Shown: piece by piece, positions 46,149 to 53,774 of the stretch | Layout: each line of letters opens with the position of its first letter | How positions within the stretch are numbered: the first letter of the stretch is position 1 | NCBI GenBank assembly: GCA_045863235.1 | Contig: BTUM01000049.1 | Location: 1 to 59,409, forward strand | Length of the DNA: 59,409 nt | Direction: 5' to 3' | Source: Candidatus Xenobia bacterium | GTDB taxonomy: Bacteria > Vulcanimicrobiota > Xenobia > Xenobiales > QWHO01 | Notes under the pieces: generated by a model | Told to the model about the DNA's origin: nothing | The model's database searches: none | The model's input: the letters and a program-made list of their open reading frames with translations, nothing else | Translations under genes and position numbers: made by a program

Positions 46149-46709
46149 TTATCCGAGCATGGTGCGGATGTTGCCCGCGCCGGCCATAGCGAAGGCTCCG
46201 GTGCCGTTCACCCCGGCGAACGCCGCGGCGCCGTTGCCGACCTGGCCGACGGTGTTGAACCCGCCGACGTTGCCGGCGAAGTTCTGGACGCCGTTATTCT
46301 GACTCTGGCCCAGGCCCCCCGAGGCCGCCAGGCCCATCCCCAGGCCGGCGCCGAACGAGAAGGCCTGCTGGGCGTTGTTGCCGCCGAAGGCGGGGTTCAT
46401 GTTGGAGGAGAGCATGTTGTTGCCCCCCTGAATCCCGAACGGGTTCTGCTTCTGGCCACAGGCGCCACACTGCTGCCCCTGCTGGCCCATCATCCCCTGC
46501 ATCATGCCCTGCATCTGCGCCATCATCTGCTGCATCTGCTGCATCATCTGCTTCATCTTTTTCTTCTTGCCGCCGCCGCAGCACTTCTTGCCGCCACCGG
46601 GGCCGCCGGGGCCGCCGCCACCCTTGAGGCTGCCAAGCAGACCGGCGATATCTCCCAGGCCGCCGCCGCCACCCATCGCTCCACCCACCAGATTCTTGAT
46701 CATATCCAT
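46149..46709 (-). CDS. Low-complexity Gly/Gln/Met/Asn-rich protein
   Basis: GAGGAG RBS; MKQMMQQMQQMMAQMQGMM; own terminator. Confidence 0.85.
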   Translation of the reverse strand: MDMIKNLVGGAMGGGGGLGDIAGLLGSLKGGGGPGGPGGGKKCCGGGKKKKMKQMMQQMQQMMAQMQGMMQGMMGQQGQQCGACGQKQNPFGIQGGNNMLSSNMNPAFGGNNAQQAFSFGAGLGMGLAASGGLGQSQNNGVQNFAGNVGGFNTVGQVGNGAAAFAGVNGTGAFAMAGAGNIRTMLG

Positions 46710-46937
46710 CGTGGGGTCTCCTCTCGGTTCGGACCGTTTCTGGCCGGTCCACTGTTACACCCATCATAAGGACCTGACCCGGCCATGCATGCCTTGCATG
46801 TGTTTCCGATTTGTAAACGTTGTGAACTGGAAGTAACGCTTTGTTGCCGACTCTTTGACAATTGGAAACATCTTGCTGCAACCCTAGACGCGCCGAAGAG
46901 AAGGGGGATACACGCACCTCGGCCGAAAGCGCCGCCG

Positions 46938-47597
46938 ATGACTGCAGCAGAGATTCTCGATCAGCTCGACGCCGCCGCGGCCAGTTGCAACTGGCCAATC
47001 CTCGAGAATGTGAACGTGGACATGGCCTCGGTGCGGCTGCACGCCTACGGGGACGGTGCCCGCTGGGCCCTGGTGATGGAAGTGCTGGGCACCAATATCG
47101 GGGCCGGTCCGAGCTCGATCCACACGACTTTGTACTCCTACGGGAATTGCCTCAAGTCCAGCGAGACGCTCTCATTGGTTCTCAGCGCCGACGTGGGGCC
47201 GGCGCTGGACAAGTACACCGGTGAGCTCAGGTCGGATGGCTACATCCTGGTGCGGGGCCGGCGGGTTGCCGTCGAGCTTTCGCCCGCCACCCTGGAACGG
47301 CTCGAGATTCAGCCGCGCTTCTCCGAGCCGGGAGACTTCGAGCTGCTGCTGACCCTGCTGAGCGAGCACCGCGAGGCCCTGCTGGCCTCCCGCGAGGAGC
47401 TGGCCGAGGTCGTTCCCGCCGACATGCCCGAGCTGCTGCTGCTGGAGGAGTGGAATCACCCCCGCGTCAACGAGAAGCCGAGCGACACGGAGACCTTCCG
47501 CCTGTTGGCCCAGGTGCTGGCCACGGGCGGGGCCGAGCACTGGCGGCCGCTGACCGCTCCCAATACCGACTGGCGCCACTGGATCGAGGGAAAGTAG
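46938..47597 (+). CDS. DUF7003-like protein
   Basis: EILDQLD...RLHAY....WALV.E.LG ... LEEWNHP...PSDTETF..LA.VLATG ... PNTDWRHW. Confidence 0.65.
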   Translation: MTAAEILDQLDAAAASCNWPILENVNVDMASVRLHAYGDGARWALVMEVLGTNIGAGPSSIHTTLYSYGNCLKSSETLSLVLSADVGPALDKYTGELRSDGYILVRGRRVAVELSPATLERLEIQPRFSEPGDFELLLTLLSEHREALLASREELAEVVPADMPELLLLEEWNHPRVNEKPSDTETFRLLAQVLATGGAEHWRPLTAPNTDWRHWIEGK

Positions 47598-47615
47598 TCA
47601 GTTTGCCACGGGAGG

Positions 47616-48020
47616 TCAATCAGGTTCGATGCGGGTTAGCCCGGGCACGTCGTCAAATCCACGGTCGAAACTCACCACATATTCGATCTGGTGGTTGAGC
47701 ATCACCGCCGCGTGAACCGCATCCCTCGCCGATAGCCCGAGATCGGAAAGAATGAGGTCGCGGGCCCGGTCGGTATCAGCAAGAGTCACAGGAAGCACCT
47801 CCGGACAGACAACCACGAAGAGGTCGTAGACGGTGCGCGCCAGGTCCAACCTGTGCAACGCGGCGTAGCGATAGAGAATCTCTTGGAGAACCTCGGTGCT
47901 GGTGGCGCTCTCGACCTCGCCACGCTGGACGCGCTCGAGGAAGCGTCGAGACGGAAGGCGATTGGGATGCTCTCGTCCGGCCACGTACATCGGGATGTTC
48001 GAATCGATGAAGACCTTCAC
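47616..48020 (-). CDS. vapC: VapC PIN-domain toxin
   Basis: FIDSNIPMY, EVLQEI, LSARDAVHAA, SFDRGFD. Confidence 0.92.
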   Translation of the reverse strand: MKVFIDSNIPMYVAGREHPNRLPSRRFLERVQRGEVESATSTEVLQEILYRYAALHRLDLARTVYDLFVVVCPEVLPVTLADTDRARDLILSDLGLSARDAVHAAVMLNHQIEYVVSFDRGFDDVPGLTRIEPD

Positions 48021-48247
48021 GAACGACCCGATTCGATCTCCGCCAGCATTTGCTCGATGTCACCCGTTGGCGCTTCCAGAGAAGCCAGGCGAGCCACCGG
48101 GTCGAAGCCCGACTGCTGACCCCGGCTGAGCGCCTCCTGCAGAGCGCGCCGGACCCACTCTCCCCGCGAAATCCCCAGCCTCTGCGCAGCCTTGCGTACC
48201 TTCCGGTCCAGATCGTCGGGAATGATGACCTGCAATCGGTGACTCAT
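48017..48247 (-). CDS. vapB: RHH/CopG antitoxin
   Basis: RLQVIIPD...ISRGEWVRRAL; 4-bp overlap with the toxin gene. Confidence 0.88.
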   Translation of the reverse strand: MSHRLQVIIPDDLDRKVRKAAQRLGISRGEWVRRALQEALSRGQQSGFDPVARLASLEAPTGDIEQMLAEIESGRS

Positions 48248-48253
48248 AGGAGT

Positions 48254-48283
48254 ATGATAATGGGAGACATGTCGGATGGTCAA
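48254..48283 (-). promoter_or_regulatory. Leaderless TA promoter with palindromic operator
   Basis: TTGACC-N18-TATCAT-N6-ATG; GACATGTC in the spacer. Confidence 0.7.
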
Positions 48284-48360
48284 GGCGCCGAACCTCGCTG
48301 AACTGCAACCCGGGAGCTTCTCCAGCGAGAAGAGCGCAAGTCACGCAGGCAAGCAAGCAA

Positions 48361-48387
48361 AAGAGCCACCCTCGAGGGTGGCTCCTT
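48361..48387 (-). terminator. Terminator of the four-gene glycine-zipper operon
   Basis: GAGCCACCC-TCGA-GGGTGGCTC with a T-run on the minus strand. Confidence 0.85.
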
Positions 48388-48407
48388 GCCTTTTGGGCTG
48401 AGCGGTC

Positions 48408-50027
48408 CTACTTGCGCTTGTCGCGCTCGCACTGCTCCACGCGGGCCTCGCGGCGCGCGAGATCGTACTTGCGTGACTCCACCTGGCTGCGCTTGGAGTT
48501 GACTTCGCCCTGCAGGCTGGTCACGTCGGGCCGGATCGAGTCGGCCTCGCGCTCCTTGCGGTCGGCTTCGCTGCGCTCGCTGCGCGCCGCCGACTGGATG
48601 CCCGGGATGGCGGCCATATCGGCCATCGCCTGGCTGCGCAGGCGGTCAGCCTGGCTCTCCATGTTGCGGGCGTTGTCGCGGCGCTGCTCGAGGTCGCGGC
48701 GCAGGGGGGCCAGGGTCTTTTCGACCTTCTCGGCCACCACTTGCGGGATCTGCTGCTCGGCGCGGTCCAGGTCGCGGTCGCGGCTCTCGAGCTGGCCCTT
48801 GCGGGTCTGGTACTGGCCCTCGAGCTTGCCCTCGAGGTCCTTGTACAGCTTCTCCTGGCGCTCGTCGATGTAGCGGTCGATGTCGGCCCGCTTCTGGTTG
48901 ACCCGGGCGTCCTCGGCCTCGAGGTGCTGCTGGCGCTGGTTCTGGCCGGCTTCCCGCTCGACCAGGCCCTGTTTGGTCGTGTTGTAGAGGTTCTGAGCGC
49001 GCTGCTCGACCAGCTCGTCCACCCGGGCGTTCTTGTCGGCGATGCGCTCGTTCTGGGTCTTGAGGGCGTCCTCGCGCCGGTCGAGCTCTTCGGTGCGCTC
49101 GGCGTGATTCTCGCGGGCGTCCAGGCGAGCCTGCTCGAGGCCCTTGCCGTACTGGTCGAGCTGGGCGGCGTTCTGGGTGAGACGGTTCTCCTTCTCGTCG
49201 AGCTCCATCCACTTGCGGCTGTTGTGGGCGCCGTCCACCACGGCGGTGGCGCCGTGACGCAGGGCCTTGACGGCCAGGTAGCCGCCGATGCCGCCCGCCA
49301 CGAGCATGATGCCGCCGCCGATGAGGGCGCCGGTGCCGGCCGTGGCAGCCACGGTCGCCAGGCTGAAGTTGCCGCTGACCAGGCCGGAGAGGGCGCTGCC
49401 TGCAGCGGTGATGCCGCCGCCCATGGCCATTCCACCCACGCCGCCTGCCAGGGCGCCCATGCCGGACACCACGGTGCCGACCACGCGCAGCGGGCCTTTG
49501 AGGGGCAGCAGCTTCTTCTGCTCGCCCGGCTGCCCGGCATCAGGATCCTCACCGGCCAGCTTCTTACCGATCCAGCGCATCCCCTTGGCGGGCACGCCGG
49601 CCACGCTCTGACCCAGGGCCCAGCCGCCGGCAAGGCCGGTGGCTCCGCCGATGACCATGCCGACCTTGGCGCCGATGGCGGTGGTGGTCCAGGCCGCGCC
49701 CAGGAAGCCCATCACGCCGCTGGTGGTGGCCGAGGCCACGATCGGGCCGAGTCCGCCGCCCAGAGCCGCGCCCACCAGGGCGCCGCCCACCACGCCGGCG
49801 TAGACCGTGGCGATACCCGCCGCCAGGGCGACCCCGCCGCCGATGGCCAGGTCCCAGTTGTTGCTCGCGCCGATCAGGCCGCGTCCGAGCTCTTTGCGAA
49901 CCCGGCCGCCGAAGCCGTCCTTGGGCTCTTCCGTGGCGGGAGGATTTGGATTCTCGGCCGGAGGAGCGCTGTTGGCCGCGCTGAGAGTGTTGTAGTTAAA
50001 GGGTTTGGGAGCAACGCTGACTTGCAT
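48408..50027 (-). CDS. Glycine-zipper membrane domain + long coiled coil (paralogue 3)
   Basis: YAGVVGGA.VG...G.GP..A......GFLG..W.....AKVGM.IGG; charged heptad C-half; GGAGG RBS. Confidence 0.9.
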   Translation of the reverse strand: MQVSVAPKPFNYNTLSAANSAPPAENPNPPATEEPKDGFGGRVRKELGRGLIGASNNWDLAIGGGVALAAGIATVYAGVVGGALVGAALGGGLGPIVASATTSGVMGFLGAAWTTTAIGAKVGMVIGGATGLAGGWALGQSVAGVPAKGMRWIGKKLAGEDPDAGQPGEQKKLLPLKGPLRVVGTVVSGMGALAGGVGGMAMGGGITAAGSALSGLVSGNFSLATVAATAGTGALIGGGIMLVAGGIGGYLAVKALRHGATAVVDGAHNSRKWMELDEKENRLTQNAAQLDQYGKGLEQARLDARENHAERTEELDRREDALKTQNERIADKNARVDELVEQRAQNLYNTTKQGLVEREAGQNQRQQHLEAEDARVNQKRADIDRYIDERQEKLYKDLEGKLEGQYQTRKGQLESRDRDLDRAEQQIPQVVAEKVEKTLAPLRRDLEQRRDNARNMESQADRLRSQAMADMAAIPGIQSAARSERSEADRKEREADSIRPDVTSLQGEVNSKRSQVESRKYDLARREARVEQCERDKRK

Positions 50028-50039
50028 GACACTTCCTCC

Positions 50040-51116
50040 TTAGATGGTCCGACGCAGGACGTTGAGTGCGACGCCGATTCCGACGCCGGCGATGCCGCCC
50101 ACGACGACGCCGCCCACCAGGCCGCCCACCAGGCCGAAGCGGCCGTCTTGCTGCACCTGGACTTCATTCTTGTCGACCTCGGGACGCCCGAAGAACCCGG
50201 TCTTGGGAACGTCGCGCTCGATGTTGACGGTACCGGGCGTGTTGCCGCCGTTGGCGGACAGCGCGCTCTTGAAGTAGTCGGAGGGGATCTGGCCGAGCAC
50301 GCGGTGCTCGGTGACCGGGGTCTCGGTGTTGTAGCTCTGGCTGATGGCGTTGTTGGACTCCATCAGGCCGTTGAGCAGGCCCACGCCGCCGCCGATCACC
50401 GCGCCCACGGCGCCGGTCTTGATCAGAAGCTGGGTCTCACCCTTCACCTCGCGGCGCTCGTGCTCCTCATAACCCTGGCCCACGGCCTTGCGGCCGACGG
50501 CGATCAGGGCTCCCAGGCCGGCGCCCACGCCCATCCCGATGCCCAGTCCGACCAGGCCGCTGGTCAGCGGCGAGCCGCTGCCGGGGGTCTTGATCTCGTG
50601 GCTGCGCTGGGTGTACTCCCCGATGCGCTCCTGGGTGATGCTGGGGGTGTGGCGCACGTCCCAACCCACCAGCTCGCGGGTGGTGCCCACCTGCTGGCCG
50701 CTGGAGTTGAACACGGGCTGCTCGTCGTAGCGGGGCACCTCGACGAAGGTGGAGCCGGTCAGCTTCTCGCTGAAGATGGGCACCTTCGTCTCGCTGACGA
50801 CGACTTCGGGCCGGGCCACGGCCGAGGTGATCAGGCTGTCGGCGATGCCAAGGCCGCCGCCGATGGCTCCACCCACGCCGGCGCCCAGCATGATCAGCTC
50901 GGCGTTCTTGAAGTTCTTGAGGGCCGGAGGACGCAGCTTGGTGTCCTCGTCGATGCGGTCGAGGTCGCCCTTGACCTTGCCCAGACCGTCCTCGATGCGG
51001 CCGTAATCGCGATCGATGTCACCGGCCGGCTTGCCGGCCAGGGCATCCTCGGAGGCGGCACCAACCACGTTGGTGCGCACCCAACTGTTGACTCTGGAAG
51101 CGACAGTTCCCAACAT
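50040..51116 (-). CDS. Glycine-zipper protein with beta-rich soluble inserts
   Basis: Four GxxxGxxxG segments; AGGAGG RBS. Confidence 0.88.
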   Translation of the reverse strand: MLGTVASRVNSWVRTNVVGAASEDALAGKPAGDIDRDYGRIEDGLGKVKGDLDRIDEDTKLRPPALKNFKNAELIMLGAGVGGAIGGGLGIADSLITSAVARPEVVVSETKVPIFSEKLTGSTFVEVPRYDEQPVFNSSGQQVGTTRELVGWDVRHTPSITQERIGEYTQRSHEIKTPGSGSPLTSGLVGLGIGMGVGAGLGALIAVGRKAVGQGYEEHERREVKGETQLLIKTGAVGAVIGGGVGLLNGLMESNNAISQSYNTETPVTEHRVLGQIPSDYFKSALSANGGNTPGTVNIERDVPKTGFFGRPEVDKNEVQVQQDGRFGLVGGLVGGVVVGGIAGVGIGVALNVLRRTI

Positions 51117-51129
51117 TCTCGTGCTCCTC

Positions 51130-52710
51130 CTAAATCCCGCAAGCCCGCTCGCGGGATGCGATATTGGCTTCCTTACCGTCGAGTTGACGGTCCTGGGCTT
51201 CCAGGTTGCGAAGTTGCGAGCCCAGCTGGGCCCGGGCGTTGGTGAGGCGGTTGACTTCGGCCTCGGCCTGGCGGCGCTGGCTCTGGGCCGAGCTCAGCTC
51301 GGACTGGGCCTGGGCCCGCTGGCCCGAGGCGATGCTGGCCTCGGACTGAGCCTGGCGCATCCGGTCGCTGGCCCGATCCTCGTCGCGGCGAGCGTCGGAG
51401 ATCTCCGACTCGAGCTGGCTCTTCTTGGGAGCCAGGTCTTGCTGGTAGCGGCGCTCGGTCTCGTTGGCGATGTCGCTCTCACGACGGTCGAGACGGTCCT
51501 TGTACTGGTCGAGCTGGCCCTGCAGGCCCTGGTAGTGCTGCTCGAGCGCGGGGCGGCGGCCGGCGAAGATCTTGTCCGACTCGGAGACGATCTCGCGGTC
51601 GATCTGCGCCTCGCGGGCCTCGATCTCACCCTGGAACTGGTTCTGCTGGCCCTCGCGGGTATCCAGGCGACCCTTCCAGTCGCGCAGGTCCTGCGAGCGC
51701 TCGTGGAAGGCGGCCTGGCCGCGGGTCTCGATGGTGTCGTCAATCTGCTTCTCGCGCCCGTTGGCGTCCTTCTCGCGCTCTTCGATGTCGCGCTCGCGGG
51801 TGTCCAGGCGGGCTGTCTCCTGCTGGTGGAAGGCGCGGTCGGCCACGGCCACCTGGGCCAGATCCGACTGCTTCTTCTTGAGCTCTTCCTCGAGCTTCTC
51901 CAGGCGCTCTTCCTTCAGGGCCAGGTCTTCGGTCTCACCGGTCTTGTCCCACAGCTTGGATACCTTGTCGCCCACCCAGCTGGCCGCGTTGATGGTGCCC
52001 TTGGCGATGGTCAGAGCGCCCGCCCCGACCACCAGGCCCATGGCGCCGGCGCCGATGGCTCCGCCGATTCCGGCCGCGCCCAGCACCGAGGCTCCGCTCA
52101 GGCCCTGGCCGAGCAGGCCGCTGATGGTGGCGCCGCCGGCGGCGACCGAGCCGCCGATGACCGCGCCGCCCACCAGGCCGCCCAGGGCACCCGTGCCGGC
52201 GATGACCCGTCCGGCCACTCCCTTGGCGCCCGTGAAGGCTTTCAGGTCGGAGGGCTTGCCGGGCTCTTGCTTGTCGGCCCCGAGCAGGCGGCCGGCGGCG
52301 TTGCCGAAGCTGGTGCCGGTCTTCCAGGCGCCCACGATGCCGCTGGCGCCCCCGATGAACATGCCCACTTTGGCGGCCGAGAAGCCGGCGTTCCACACGC
52401 CGCCCAGGAAGCCCAGGGCGCCGTTGGTGCTGACCGAGGCGATGGCCGGGCCGATGCCGGCTCCGAACAGACCGCCCACGATGGCGCCGCCGAGCACGCC
52501 GGCGTACATGGCCGGGATGGCCAGGGTCAAGAAGCCCACGCCCCCGATGGCCAGGTTGATGGCGTTGCCGAACTCGCTGCCCTGCTTGGGCTCCTTCTCA
52601 CCGCTGAGGGTGAACGACTCCTGCGGGCCGGCCGCGACCGGAGCCTGGTACTGGTTGTAGAGCCTGCCGACCGACTGGGGGGCGGCGGGGGCCAGGGTGC
52701 TTACATTCAT
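51130..52710 (-). CDS. Glycine-zipper membrane domain + long coiled coil (paralogue 2)
   Basis: GSEFGNA, MYAGVLGGA motif; coiled coil; C-terminal Cys. Confidence 0.9.
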   Translation of the reverse strand: MNVSTLAPAAPQSVGRLYNQYQAPVAAGPQESFTLSGEKEPKQGSEFGNAINLAIGGVGFLTLAIPAMYAGVLGGAIVGGLFGAGIGPAIASVSTNGALGFLGGVWNAGFSAAKVGMFIGGASGIVGAWKTGTSFGNAAGRLLGADKQEPGKPSDLKAFTGAKGVAGRVIAGTGALGGLVGGAVIGGSVAAGGATISGLLGQGLSGASVLGAAGIGGAIGAGAMGLVVGAGALTIAKGTINAASWVGDKVSKLWDKTGETEDLALKEERLEKLEEELKKKQSDLAQVAVADRAFHQQETARLDTRERDIEEREKDANGREKQIDDTIETRGQAAFHERSQDLRDWKGRLDTREGQQNQFQGEIEAREAQIDREIVSESDKIFAGRRPALEQHYQGLQGQLDQYKDRLDRRESDIANETERRYQQDLAPKKSQLESEISDARRDEDRASDRMRQAQSEASIASGQRAQAQSELSSAQSQRRQAEAEVNRLTNARAQLGSQLRNLEAQDRQLDGKEANIASRERACGI

Positions 52711-52741
52711 CTTGCTTGACCTTCCTCCCGATTCCTAACTC

Positions 52742-53539
52742 TTAAGCTGCTTTGGTGCTCGCGCCCGGGGGCGGGGTGGGCTGCTGCACCGGGGGCTTGT
52801 CCTGCGGCGTCAGCTTGTCGACCAGGCGGGCGGCCGTCTTGGCCACCTTGTAGCCGCCCATCATCCCCATCGCGCCGAAGGCCACCAGGCCGATGCCGCC
52901 GCCGATCAGGGCGGCGCTGCCCATGTTGCTCATGGCCGCCATGTTGAAGCCGTTGAGGGTAAGGCCGTGGATCAGGCTGCCGGCCGAGGCCACCGAAGCG
53001 CCCAGGATGCCGCCGCCCACTCCGCCGGCCAGGGCGCCGCCACCCACGGTGATGGCGCCGATGGTGCCCTTGATGGGGCCGGTGATCTTGACGTGCTTGC
53101 TGGGGTCTTCCTTATCCGCCCCGAACAGGCGTCCCACGGCGTTGCCGATGCCGGTGCCGGTGGCCCAGCCGCCCAGGAGACCGCTCACGCCGCCCAGCAC
53201 CATTCCCGCCTTGGCGACGGTGGAGGTGCTCTGCCACACCGTTCCCACCATCCCCAGGAACCCGTTGCTGGTCACCGCTCCGGCGATGGGGCCGAAGCCC
53301 AGGCCGAGCATCGAGCCCACCACGGCGCCACCGATGACGCCGGCATACATGCAGGGGATGATGAGCGCCAGGGCGCCCACTCCACCAACGCCCATCTTGA
53401 CGGCGTTGCCGAACTCGCTCCCCTCACTGAGTTGAGCCTGGTCTTGCGGGGCAGCCTGGCTCTCGGTCTGAGGGGCCAGGGACTGGCTGGCCCGGGTGTA
53501 GGGGGCCAGGCTTGGCGCGGTGGCGGCGGTGACGTTCAT
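52742..53539 (-). CDS. Glycine-zipper membrane domain only (paralogue 1)
   Basis: GSEFGNA, MYAGVIGGA, GRLFGADKE shared with 51130-52710; GGGAGG RBS. Confidence 0.9.
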   Translation of the reverse strand: MNVTAATAPSLAPYTRASQSLAPQTESQAAPQDQAQLSEGSEFGNAVKMGVGGVGALALIIPCMYAGVIGGAVVGSMLGLGFGPIAGAVTSNGFLGMVGTVWQSTSTVAKAGMVLGGVSGLLGGWATGTGIGNAVGRLFGADKEDPSKHVKITGPIKGTIGAITVGGGALAGGVGGGILGASVASAGSLIHGLTLNGFNMAAMSNMGSAALIGGGIGLVAFGAMGMMGGYKVAKTAARLVDKLTPQDKPPVQQPTPPPGASTKAA

Positions 53540-53567
53540 GGATTCCTCCCGTGTTTGTTGCGTCAGC

Positions 53568-53616
53568 ACCATAAGCGGTCGGGCAAGTCGGATTGGTAAA
53601 CGTTGTATGAACGTCA
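53568..53616 (-). promoter_or_regulatory. Promoter of the glycine-zipper operon
   Basis: TGACGTTCATACAACGTTTAC-N22-TATGGT; similar boxes at 22134 and 46806. Confidence 0.55.
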
Positions 53617-53680
53617 CGCCAAAGAACTTTCAGCTTCCTTTAAGAAACAAATTTGTAATGCCCGTAACGACGCCATCCGT

Positions 53681-53712
53681 TTCACCCATTTTTCAGCCGG
53701 GGGGGGTAGAGT
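53681..53712 (+). promoter_or_regulatory. Direct-repeat promoter with G8 tract in the spacer
   Basis: TTCAC-N6-TTCAG-N10-TAGAGT. Confidence 0.65.
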
Positions 53713-53774
53713 GGCCATGGGCGACGGGGTTTTTCCCCCCGATCCCGAACATCACGAGCACGATGGAGCCGAAC

